32,469 nt of DNA, taken from NCBI RefSeq assembly GCF_001194135.2, contig NC_068982.1:66744220-66776688 (forward strand), given 5' to 3'. The translations under genes were made by a program, and so were the position numbers. This document shows positions 10,312-20,777 of the stretch, one piece after another (positions within the stretch are counted from its first letter, which is position 1; every line of letters starts with the position of its first letter). Under the pieces are notes generated by a model. It worked only from the letters and a program-made list of their open reading frames with translations. It searched no databases and was not told the DNA's origin. Origin of the DNA: Octopus bimaculoides (lineage: Eukaryota).

Positions 10312-10612
10312 CAAGGGTTCCAGTTGATTTGATCAACGGAACAGACTGCTCATGAAATTAACATACAAGTGGCTGAGCATTCCACAGACATGCATACCCT
10401 TAACATAGTTCTCAGGGAGGTTCAGCATGATGCAGAGTGTGACAAGGCTGGCTCTTTGAAATACAGACACTACTCATTTTTGCCAGCTGAGTGAACTGGA
10501 GAAATGTGAAATAAGGTGTCTTGCTCAAGGACACAATACATTGCCATGAATTGAACTCGTGACCTTACAATCATGAGCCAAATACCCAAACCACTAAGCT
10601 ATGTGCCTTCAC
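10312..10612 (-). mobile_element. tRNA-derived SINE family A, nested in a family B copy
   Basis: Reverse complement has A-box-like tagcttagtggt and B-box-like gagttcaattc, then tgtccttgagcaagacac; strongly similar to 14921-15210. Confidence 0.8.
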
Positions 10613-10624
10613 ATTAACAGTTCA

Positions 10625-10735
10625 ATAAAAAGAGACCGATAGACTAAGGTTTAAAAATAAGTACTGGGGTCGATTTGTTCAACTAAACCCTTTAAGACAT
10701 GGCAGCTGTCTATTGATTTAAACAAGATAAAATAT
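10625..10735 (+). mobile_element. SINE family B 3' part, resuming after the nested SINE A
   Basis: aaagagaccgatag...aataagtactggggtcgatttgttcaactaaa matches the family B tail at 14676-14870 (rc) and ~27655-27790. Confidence 0.65.
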
Positions 10736-11518
10736 AGGCACAACAAAGTCACAAATTCTCTAGTGGAGGAAAGGAAACAAAAACCTAGCAGCAATCGTTA
10801 GTGATTCTTCAAAGAAGAGGGTAGACAATTGCCAAAAAAATTAAGGAATAATCTCTCAAATATTATTAACATGGTTAGTGGAAAAAGCATGTTTTTGATT
10901 ATTGGTAAAGGACAAGTATACTTCCATTTCACCCCTGCTATTAAAATGGTCCTCCCTACCCTTACTCTAAATCACATGTTGGGCCAATCATGTGGACTGC
11001 TATTTACTAAACTACTGAAATGTAAGTAGGTGAAGGAGTTATGTACTGAAAGCGGAACATAAAATTTCTATGAAATTTTCTTTCTAGAAAATTGGGGAAA
11101 AAGAAACCCCCTAAAAAGCAATTAACTCTTCAAAGAAAGGGGAGATAACTGCAAGAAATTGAGGATTAACATTTTGATATCAACCTACCTGAGACCTAAG
11201 GGCATAATAACATTATTTAGAAGAGTATACTTCTTTTCTTGAGGGGGGCACGTGCCCGCCCCCCCTAGGTCCACTCATGACCAGTGTGTATGTTACTGAT
11301 ACTGGAGGAACCCCCCACCTATGACTCAACCCAGCACTCTCTGTTAAGTGCTGGCATTTCCATTTAGGATATTTATGCCACCCTAGGCTGCCTGTGAGTT
11401 GGCAATGGTGTTTTTAAGTCATCTAGGTGGAATTTTTTACTCAGAATACAGAAACTGGAAGGCAGCATCCAATTCTGACATTCTTGCATTTCTGCTAACC
11501 CATCTCTTTGCTTCCTAA

Positions 11519-11652
11519 CTACATGGTTCTGGGTTCATTCCTATTGCATGGCACCTTGGGCAAGTGCCTTCTACTATAGCTGCCTTGGGCCAACAGAAAT
11601 CTTGTGAATGGATTTGGCAGACAGAAACTAAAAAAAAAAAAAAAAAAAAAAA
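11519..11652 (+). mobile_element. SINE family B fragment followed by an A23 run
   Basis: catggttctgggttcattcc...ggcaccttgggcaagtgccttctactatagc...ggatttggcagacagaaact, then poly(A) at 11630-11652. Confidence 0.8.
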
Positions 11653-11667
11653 CTCTATCTATATATA

Positions 11668-11707
<40 letters not shown>

Positions 11708-12407
11708 ATTATTTAGGCAGGGCAAGATTAATAACCTGCATAGGCATCGACGTAGACTTGTAACATCTATATGTTCTGAAATTGTAATGGTATAATGTCA
11801 CTTATACCATCTAGACCTTTTCTCACGGAAATATGTTGTCTTGGTGCTTTTGTTAGAAACCAATATTTACCATGCCAATGCCTAAATATTAGAAATAAAA
11901 CCTAGAATTTATTGGAAATGGATCATGATTCCTCACTCTTCAAAAGTTACCAAGTATAAGTGAATGCTGGTTGTAGATGTATCAATTTCCAGTACCAAAA
12001 TACAGAATACTCTGCCAATTACAAAATATTAATCTATTTCAGACAATGAAAATATATATTTTAGAAATTTTCTATTTGTTATTTTTAATGTAAGAGCATT
12101 AATTTTCTCAATCTAAAATAATGAACTTTTACTCCATTTACAGCATGATACCATTTCACATAGTGCAAGTGTATTAGAAAAAAAAATTCTATTATTGTAG
12201 TTAGAATCATCAGTGAAACTAATTATGGTTATTTATAATGTTAATTAGTATTAGATCTAAGTTTTATTGTTATAATTAGTTTCTCTTAATCACTAGCTGA
12301 AGCTAAACTATCATTTGTGTATGCACGTATTTACCATATATTTATGTATGTGTAAGCACATGTTGATTGGATTGTTCAAAGACTATATATATATATATAT
12401 ATATATA

Positions 12408-12613
12408 TCAGAAGCTATGATAGATCGTTGACCAAACACCATTCAATTTTTTTTCTCTATGTTTTTCTCCTTGTTTTCTCTGTATTCTTTCTGTTGAAGA
12501 GCGTAGCTCAAAACGTTAAAGACTTTCCGTATTCCCGAGCGTCATACTAATACATCCTTTTGTTGTTTACACCACCTGTCCTCGTCTTCTGTTGTTTTTT
12601 TTCGCACATTCTC

Positions 12614-12617
<4 letters not shown>
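12408..12617 (+). mobile_element. Probable Penelope-like element pseudo-LTR remnant inserted in a (TA)n tract
   Basis: CpG-retaining ~210-nt island bracketed by (TA)n on both sides; contains tgaagagcgtagctc(a)aaacg, a hammerhead-core-like motif of the kind typical of PLE terminal repeats. Confidence 0.5.
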
Positions 12618-12656
<39 letters not shown>

Positions 12657-12918
12657 GGTGTGTGGGTGCGCTTCAATTTACAAACAGGAGGAAACGTACT
12701 CAATGCATATAGTAAAGTTTATTCATTTATTTGAAACTAGGTATTCCTTTTGTCCTTTTGATGTGACTCTGTTTCTCGTTTCTTGCTCTCTCTCCTCCTC
12801 CCTCTCTCTCACACACACATAAACAACTCTATTTAACACAGATATCCTAAAAGTTTTAAGTTGTATACTTTATTATTATTATTAATCCTATTTTTTTATT
12901 TTTTAAAAAAAATTTTAG

Positions 12919-13050
12919 CTGTTTATCAAAACTCATTTTAATTATGATCCAATGCGAGATCGGCTTATACCTTGTAAGGAAGCAGGATTACCATTCAAGG
13001 ATGGAGATATCTTGGAGATTTTGAGCCAAAATGATGCTAATTGGTGGCAG
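12919..13050 (+). CDS. MPP6: MPP2/6-like exon D: SH3
   Basis: ttttag|CTG ... CAG|gtaagc; 132 nt, phase 0/0; [44 protein letters not shown], the MPP-type SH3 signature ([20 protein letters not shown]...WWQ). Confidence 0.97.
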
Positions 13051-13157
13051 GTAAGCTAAAGTCTAACTTTAAATATATATAAGAATATTTTGATATATTC
13101 TTTTAAGGAGACTTTGTCTAGTTTTACTTAAAATAAGTGTAATAATTTATTATAAGC

Positions 13158-13305
13158 ACAGGCACAACTGTGTAGCATCATGCAGTTTGGGATTCACTCC
13201 CACTACATGGGTACTGTTGGCTAATGTCCCCTACTATAGCAGTGGGTTGACCAGTACCTTGTGAATGAGATCCTTTGGTCGATGAAAACTGTAAGAAGCA
13301 AAGAA
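13158..13305 (+). mobile_element. Decayed SINE family B
   Basis: caggcacaactgtg...ctactatagc...ccttgtgaatg...gaaaactgtaagaagc. Confidence 0.6.
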
Positions 13306-14335
13306 GCATATTCATTATATATGCATGCATGTATTTACTGTGTATTTATGTATGTATTTGTAAGCACATGTTGATTATTAATATTAGGATTGTCCAAAGG
13401 TTATATATATATTTATTTATATATAAAATCATTTCTTGAAAAGGGAAGCCAAACTTACTGTAATGATTTCTGATCACTGGTTACATACCTATGACATTAT
13501 GCTCATATCACCTGTAAATTATGGTTACTATATAACCCTTGGTTTCTTGAAATAAGCTATTGAGATAACATTGCATAATTTCTCAATATCTTTTCCTTTA
13601 TTTTATAATCTGTATTTTTTGTTCAACTTGTAAGTATGTGAATCAAGTCTAATTGTGTTTATCTACCTTACTATCTGCATATCAGCTCGATATGGATTTC
13701 TCTTATAGACACTCTTGATACTGTTGACCTTACCCTAAATGAATGTCAGAATTTAAGTTCACCTTTATGAACACTACTCTGTTATCTGTACTGAGCTTAT
13801 TTGGTTCTCACTAACTTACTCTGTGTGTGTGTGTGTAAACATGCATGTAGCTGAGTGTATATTTCACTTATGGTAATATAAGCAAATGAGAAAAAAAAAA
13901 AAAGAAGCAACCTTGTTTGATTACTTAGATTGACAATAAGAGAGAATATGTTGTGTTCAAATATATATTTTGCTACTTCTGAGTGATTAATTTAGCCTCA
14001 GTGGAGAGTGATCATTTTCATAGTTCAAAACATATATGATTATCAATTATGATCAGCTGATAAAGAAATTTACCATCTTTAATGAGAAGAAAATAATGTC
14101 AATTATAAGATAAATTAAGTATTTTAAGTTTTGTTCTAATACTTATATTAAAACCTATTGAATAAATTGATATTGCTTGAGCCAATGAGGGAGCTTTTAG
14201 ATAGTTGCTAGCCGTGTTAAAAATATAATCAAATATCTCAAACCACGTCTTACCATTTTAAAAATGGAGGGACAAATTGAATAGTGTAATTTTAGATACA
14301 CTATGACTGGGAGAAAAGAAAAGAAAAAAGACTGG

Positions 14336-14457
14336 ATTATCATAGCTGAAATATCTTCCATCACTGATCTACTAGGTCAAAGCTGCCCTGGGGCTAATTA
14401 TCATAGCTGAAATACCTTTGATCACTGATTTACTAGGTCACAGCTACCCCGGGGCCA
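14336..14457. repeat. 61-bp tandem duplication (2 copies, 8 mismatches)
   Basis: attatcatagctgaaata...ggggcta at 14336-14396 and attatcatagctgaaata...ggggcca at 14397-14457. Confidence 0.92.
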
Positions 14458-14675
14458 AACAACACCGATGATGTTATTAGACTCACTATTCATTAAAAGA
14501 TAGTGTACATACTTATCTTTTAATGAAAGATAGCCTGGGAAAGTTACTACTGTAAGTATTTCAGGCTAGACTAAAAATTAGTAAATTTAATTAAATCAAG
14601 ACAATGAGTTAATCCTAAATGCGTTATTGATGTTCTCAAGAAGACTTCAATAAAATTACACAACTATATTTTATT

Positions 14676-15210
14676 TTACTTGTTTCAGTCATTTGACTGT
14701 GGTCATGCTGGAGCACCGCCTTTTAGTCGAAGAGATCGACCCCAGGACTTATTCTTTGTAAGCCTGGTACTTATTCTATTGGTCTCTTTTGCCAAACCAC
14801 TAAGTTACAGGGATGTGAACACACCAACATAGGTTGTCAAGTGAGGTGGAAGGGAGGGCAAACACACACACATGAATATATATATATATATATATATACT
14901 GACACTCTATCGCTTACTACGATGAGGGTTCCAGTTGATCCGATCAACGGAACAGCTTGCTCCTGAGATTAACATGAAAGTGGCTGAGCACTCCACAGAC
15001 ACGCATACTCCTTCACATACTTCTCAGGAAGATTCAGTGTGACAAGGCTGGGCCCTTGAAGTACAGGTACTACTCATTTTTGCCAGCTGAGTGGACTGGA
15101 GCACCGTGAAATAAAGTGTTTTGCTCAAGGAGACAATGCACCGCTGGAAAACGAACTCACAACCCTATGATTGCAAGCCAAATACCCTAACCACTAAGCC
15201 ATGTGCCTTC

Positions 15211-15243
<33 letters not shown>

Positions 15244-15375
15244 TACGTACACACAATAGACTTCTTTCTACCGAATCCACTCAAGACTTTGGTCGGCCCA
15301 ATGCTATAGTAGAAGGCACTTGCCCAAGGTGCCACGCAGAGGGACTGAACCCAGAATAATGTGGTTGGGAAGCAA
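14676..15375 (-). mobile_element. Full-length SINE family B (tail 14676-14870, head 15258-15375) split by a nested SINE A
   Basis: Head and tail are collinear with the intact + copy at 27419-27790; the interruption sits in the internal (TA)/(CA) tract. Confidence 0.75.
14921..15210 (-). mobile_element. tRNA-derived SINE family A
   Basis: agggttccagttgatccgatcaacggaacag...tttttgccagctgagtggactggagc...ccactaagccatgtgccttc; same family as 10312-10612. Confidence 0.85.
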
Positions 15376-15521
15376 AATGTTTTGAATGTTTATGTCTAGT
15401 TTGTCTTTGATTTTACTGCCTTGTGTAACCAGGTCCATGTTGTTTTCATTAATTCTTATTGAAAGTTTTTTTTATTGTTCTTGTAAATCAATACACTGCT
15501 TAATTTTCTGCTGTATTTTAG

Positions 15522-15630
15522 GCTCGTAAAGTCGATAGTAAAGGAAGTGCTGGCATTATACCATCTCGCTCCCTTGAAGAAAAAAGGAAAGCATTTGTTT
15601 GCCCTGAATATGACAATTCAAAGAGTTTCT
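15522..15630 (+). CDS. MPP6: MPP2/6-like exon E: SH3 end / HOOK start
   Basis: attttag|GCT ... TTC T|gtgagt; 109 nt, phase 0/1; ARKVDSKGSAGIIPSRSLEEKRKAFVCPEYDNSKSF. EEKRKAFV is typical of MPP2/6. Confidence 0.96.
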
Positions 15631-15869
15631 GTGAGTCCTGTTCTAGTATTTTATTTGAGAATAACAATAAATGACTGTAAAATTCTTGTCCAGTAGATTT
15701 GGTTTATGGAAACTGAAAGAAGCCTGTTGTGTGTCTAATACACATACACACACAATGGTGTGAGTTATGTTTCCTTGTCTTGAATGGTGCTCTTCATTTC
15801 CAATCTTCCATGCAAACAGGTCCAGTCATAGGGAAATATTAATTTGCTTGGAAGCATGAGAACTTTTAC

Positions 15870-15980
15870 AATAGGATGGACATCTGGCCATAGAAAATCT
15901 ACCTCAGTGAATTCCTTCTGACCCATGCAAACATGAAAATGTGGATGGATGTTATAACTATGACGTTTATGATGATGAAT
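15870..15980 (+). mobile_element. Decayed retroelement 3' tail
   Basis: ggacatctggccatagaaaatc...acccatgcaaacatgaaaatgtggatg...tgatgatga; variant of the shared tail (also 29843-29935). Confidence 0.55.
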
Positions 15981-16634
15981 GATTTATAGCATTAACATCT
16001 ATCTGTCAGGAATTTGTGAGGAAGGCACATTTGATTAATCTTGCTGATAATTGCCTATCACTGGTAATTATTTTATCAATTGCTGAATGCTATGCGGTAA
16101 CACAATCCTCATAGGATTTTAAAATCAATGTGAAAGAAATGACCAAATAAAGCAAGGCATTCAATGTAAAACAAATGACTAAATAAAGTAAAATACTACT
16201 GTTTCTGCTACCTATTGCCTTTAAATATAAAGCAAGAATGTTCATTGAAGCCACATAAAAGCAATTCTCAACTCCCTATCTTTTAACATGACTTGAGTAA
16301 GTGAGAATTCTCTCTGGTGTATTGCTGATACTAATCTCAGATTTGTTGACTACTTTTGACAGCTTATTAAGTTAATATAGAATTATATGTTCTTCACTGG
16401 GTTACAACAAAATATTGATAAAGAATATGAATTCTAAACTCCATATTTATCTGTACATTATTGTTTCCATCAGATAATGTGTTAATCAAGTGAGGATTTG
16501 TTAATAGTAACTGAAGATGGCAATAAGCTATCCATATATGTGGCAGCGGAAAATAGGAAAGAATTTCTACAAGTCAAAAAGTAGAGACTATTCTGAAACA
16601 TTGACATTATTTGTTCCAATGCAAAAATTACCAG

Positions 16635-16637
<3 letters not shown>

Positions 16638-16725
<88 letters not shown>
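16638..16725. repeat. Perfect (GA)44 microsatellite
   Basis: Direct reading; source of the SLSL/RERE ORFs at 16482-16815. Confidence 0.97.
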
Positions 16726-16729
<4 letters not shown>

Positions 16730-17329
16730 CAGAGAGAGGACATTTTTAAAATGGTTTTTAAAAAAAGGCTACTTATATTGGAGGTGTGATTTATTTTGAA
16801 AAATCTACCAACCATAAATATCTTCTGCTGATTGAAAGAAGCAACAAAAAGATTTAACAGAAAGATTCAAACCGTTTTTATCTGTATTTCTTTCTTTGTT
16901 TTTATTATATACCTGCCTCAGTATGTCATGGATTACCAGCTTATACAAATGTTTAAATTATCAAATAATCTATTGCTGTTGCTAGCTAGAACTATATGCT
17001 AGCAAATCTATATTTTCAGGGTAAAATAGTAGTTTCATTCTGAAGGCCTCATTTTCCTCAAAAATGCTAACCCCAGTATCAATCAAGTTGGTTGCTATAT
17101 AAATATGTACCACAAAATGTTGACATATGCATCGTGCTTCAGTGTATGACTATCAACATCTCTCAAAGTATACTTAAGAATTTTTTCTTTTTTTCTTCTT
17201 TCAAACTAAAAGATACATTGCTTCTCCTTAGTGATGTCATATTAACTAAATCGTTTTTTTTCTTTTTTTTGTTTTTTGTCATATCGGCATTTATGTTTAC
17301 ATTTGCTTCTCTACTTTTTTACACTTCAG

Positions 17330-17383
17330 TTTGTGGTTTGAGGAGGAAAAAGAAGGTGAAATACAGTACCAAGAACAACAAAG
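17330..17383 (+). CDS. MPP6: MPP2/6-like exon F: basic HOOK segment
   Basis: acttcag|TT ... AAA G|gtatga; 54 nt, phase 1/1; (F)CGLRRKKKVKYSTKNNK(D), the polybasic HOOK motif. Confidence 0.92.
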
Positions 17384-17499
17384 GTATGATATATTCTATT
17401 GTATTTACATGAAATTCTGTTTTATACAAAATATATTCAGTTTTTAGAGGCCACTTTTAGGGCCTTGTAACTTATAAGGCTATTTTTACTTACTGTTGG

Positions 17500-17670
17500 T
17501 GCAATGGAAAATGCATCCAGTACACTGGTTGGCATTAAGAAAAGTATCCAACCATAGAAACTGTGCCAGAGCAGATATTGGTGCATGATACAATCATCTG
17601 ACTCATCAAACCCTGTTAAACTATGCAATCCATACCAGCATGGAAGCCAAACATTAAATGATGTTGATGC
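17500..17670 (+). mobile_element. Decayed retroelement 3' tail
   Basis: gcatccagtacactggttggcattaagaaaagtatcca...ccataccagcatggaag...ttaaatgatgttgatg. Confidence 0.65.
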
Positions 17671-18364
17671 AGAGTAAGTTTTACTAAAGATCACCATTTT
17701 ATTTAATTTCTTTTTAATAACTCAATAAAAGTACTATTTTATCAATGATTGTATAAAATATTTTACAAATCACTGATTTATCAGTCAAGTTGTCCAAGCA
17801 ATCCCAACTATGTAACAATAATGTTACACTGCTATATTTAGTGGCTATTTAAGCAATGAGTTCGTGGACAGTTAATGGATTGGATGCGGTGCCGAAGAAG
17901 GAGCAAGAACTCCTGAAATATGCATGTACACCCATTATGTATTTTCCCATCTTTGATTGCATTGTTGTTGTTTACATCAGACATATTTGGATATGAAATG
18001 TGGTAACAAATTAGTGTTGGCTATAATTTCTATAGAAAATCTGTACAGATAACTTCAACAAGCAACTAATTTATCTATCTTTTAATTGAACCACATACAG
18101 TAGTATAGTAGTGTGGAATAATGATGCACTTAGTGTTTAACAGAACAAAATTAAGTGTTAGTTAATAAATTGGTTCCAAAAAGTGGTTTTAATGAAGAAT
18201 ATACTTTCTCGTCTTTGTTGCACTGTCTTAAAAGCCATTCAACATGCAAGAAACTTTCCTTAAATCACATCAAGGGGATACATTTGATAAAGTCCTACAT
18301 ACTTTGATGAAGACACGATGGTTAAAGCTGGATTGAATTTTTTCTATTTCAGTTAATCTAGAAT

Positions 18365-18516
18365 CTATTTCAGTAAATCTAGACAGTGTATTTTGATCAA
18401 TGTTGTATTAATGTATTTATGAGAATCTGTATAAATTTGTTAATTTAATTATTAAATTATATCCATTATTAACATAGAATTGATCAGTGAATACGTTTAT
18501 ATTTCAACAAAATGCT
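18365..18516 (+). repeat. 152-bp direct repeat, copy 1 (copy 2 at 20471-20622)
   Basis: Ungapped manual alignment gives 6 mismatches in 152 nt. Copy 1 is preceded by a 21-bp tandem echo at 18344-18364. Confidence 0.95.
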
Positions 18517-18554
18517 AACTTAGTTATACAACAATAGTAATGTTGTAAGAAAAT

Positions 18555-18700
18555 TGGTAGTGTGGTGAAGAAATTGCCCTCACAGCTATGTGATTTTTGG
18601 TTCAAACTCACTGTGCAGTATCTTGAAGAATATGCTTTCTTCTGGGACCTCGGGTTGACCACATCCTTGCAAGTGAAATTTAGTTGACAGGGATTGTATA
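18555..18700 (+). mobile_element. Decayed SINE family B head
   Basis: tagtgtggtgaagaaattg...ggttcaaactcactg...ctcgggttgaccacatccttg. Confidence 0.5.
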
Positions 18701-18737
18701 GAATTCTGTCAAAAAGACTATTCCTTTTTGAGGTGAT

Positions 18738-18881
18738 AGTTGGCATTAGGAAGGGCATCCAGCTGTAGAAACTCTGCTAAATCAGATTGGAGCCTGGTGT
18801 AGCCATCTGGTTTCACCAGTCCTCAGTCAAATCGTCCAACCCATGCTAGCATGGAAAGCGGACGTTTGACGATGATGATGA
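18738..18881 (+). mobile_element. Young, severely 5'-truncated RTE insertion (tail only)
   Basis: About 95% identical by eye to 3645-3788; ends gacgatgatgatg. Confidence 0.9.
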
Positions 18882-19126
18882 GACACTACACATCATCTAG
18901 TCTAACACCACAACCATCTGGTATTTTGATACCTTTAGCAGGATCCACTCTGTTGCCCATATTTAAGTTAGGTCTCTAGATTGAAGATTTCCTATCCTTT
19001 TCCCCACTAGTCTTGGATAATCTATGTAAAAGTCATGAGTGCTGCCTTTTCTCCTTAGATGTTGCTGTAATTCAACTCGTTAACATTATCAAAATGCCAT
19101 TTTTTTGTCCCTATTTGTTCTTTCAG

Positions 19127-19288
19127 ATTTTGATGCCTGTGACTTGATGATTTATGAAGAGGTTATTAAAATGCCCCAGTTTCAACGGAAGACTTTAGTG
19201 CTGGTTGGTGCAACGGGTGTTGGACGTCGATCATTAAAAGAACGGCTAATAAAAAATGATCCCAGGTTATTTGCTGCTGCTATGCCTC
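19127..19288 (+). CDS. MPP6: MPP2/6-like exon G: HOOK end / GK start
   Basis: tttcag|AT ... CCT C|gtaagt; 162 nt, phase 1/1; (D)FDACDLMIYEEVIKMPQFQRKTLVLVGATGVGRRSLKERLIKNDPRLFAAAMP(H). Confidence 0.97.
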
Positions 19289-20470
19289 GTAAGTAGAATC
19301 ACTAACTGATATTTCAATAAATATTCCAATATATGTGGTGTTAAGTGTTTTCATAAATTTCATAGACTTATTGGTAATACAATAAGTCCATACAATTTAT
19401 GTTGTGAATATTTACTTAAATGAGCATCTATTTGATCACTTGACCTATTAGAAATAATAGCCAAATCTCCCCCACATCACAGATTGGATGAGTTCCTAGA
19501 TTGGCTAATGCACTCTCTTGAAAATGACTGGATTGTCTTGGGGTGGGAAAGACTTAGAGCCAGTGTAAATGGGGATCTTTGTTGCTAATATCCAGGTGAG
19601 AGAGATGAATTGCAAGAATGGAGAAATCTGTGTCTATGCAGACATACAGAGCTTTTGGAGTGAGGTTTTAGTATAGAATGAAGTCTGGACAGTAGAAGTG
19701 GGTTATAGACAGGGATTGAGTAACTTTTATCATGGATAGGAATGAGGAATTTGTGTGTTAGTAGGCAGTGATGTGAGGGTCTAGATTGGATCAGTCCTCA
19801 AATGTTAGCTTCTAGGAAAGTGTAGCGGATCTCAGTGCATTATAATGTCATGCTAATACCTTTTCAGGAGCCTGGTTTCTAAATTTGCTACAGTGTGAAG
19901 TACTTATGTACCAGGTTGTAGTGTTAAATGAGGTGGTATGATGTACCTAAATAGGTGCTTACATATTTGCATCTAAAATTTGAAGGAATGTGGAATTATT
20001 GATATTCCTATAAGGTGGCTAATAGATATTCATTAGAAAGTGGGATAGAATTCCTAGTAGCATCGTTCTGACAGCTGCTCTGAGTTCAAATGCAGCCAAA
20101 GTCCAACTTTGCTTTTCATTCTTCTGGAGTGGCAGAACTGTAAGAAAGTCGCACTGGGTGGCTTTCAGTATTTGTTCCACTTCTTTACATTCTGAGTTCA
20201 AATCCCTCTATGGCCTACTTAGGTGGCAGACATAATCCATCATTTAGTTTAATACCATCACCTGGCACCTTGAGTGTCTTTAGTAGACTCCAGGAGGGGG
20301 AATACCCTTTAAGAGGTCATGAGCACTGCTTCTCTTTGTGACTAAAAGATAAGCTGGAGCACCATCAAAATCCAACCCTATATTGATATGTGTGCATGTA
20401 TGTATATGTGAAGATGTGTGTATGTACACAATATATTAGCAATTAAAATCTGTTCTAAAAAATTTTGAGA

Positions 20471-20622
20471 CTATTTCAGTAAATCTAGAAGGTGTATTTT
20501 GATCAATGTTGTATTAATGTATTTATGAGAATCTGTATAAATCTGTTAATTTATTTATTAAATTATATCCATTATTAACATGGAATTGATCAGTGAATAC
20601 GTTTACATTTCAACAAAATGCT
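20471..20622 (+). repeat. 152-bp direct repeat, copy 2
   Basis: See 18365-18516. Confidence 0.95.
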
Positions 20623-20777
20623 GGTGTAGTTATATAGAGAATATACAAGATGATTATCATATTTTCTTTCTCTTTCCTAAGCTCTTTATATTCATTCTAA
20701 TATTTTATTTTAATGTAAACATGTAGTGTGTTTTGTTTTTGCAATGTTTCTGTTTTAGAATTTAAACAGTAAACTTT

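Noticed and set aside
17092-17412. 106-aa ORF overlapping exon F (likewise 787-999, 19105-19296, 22104-22361)
   Set aside because: Chance read-through of T-rich intron sequence around true exons; homology stops at the splice sites.
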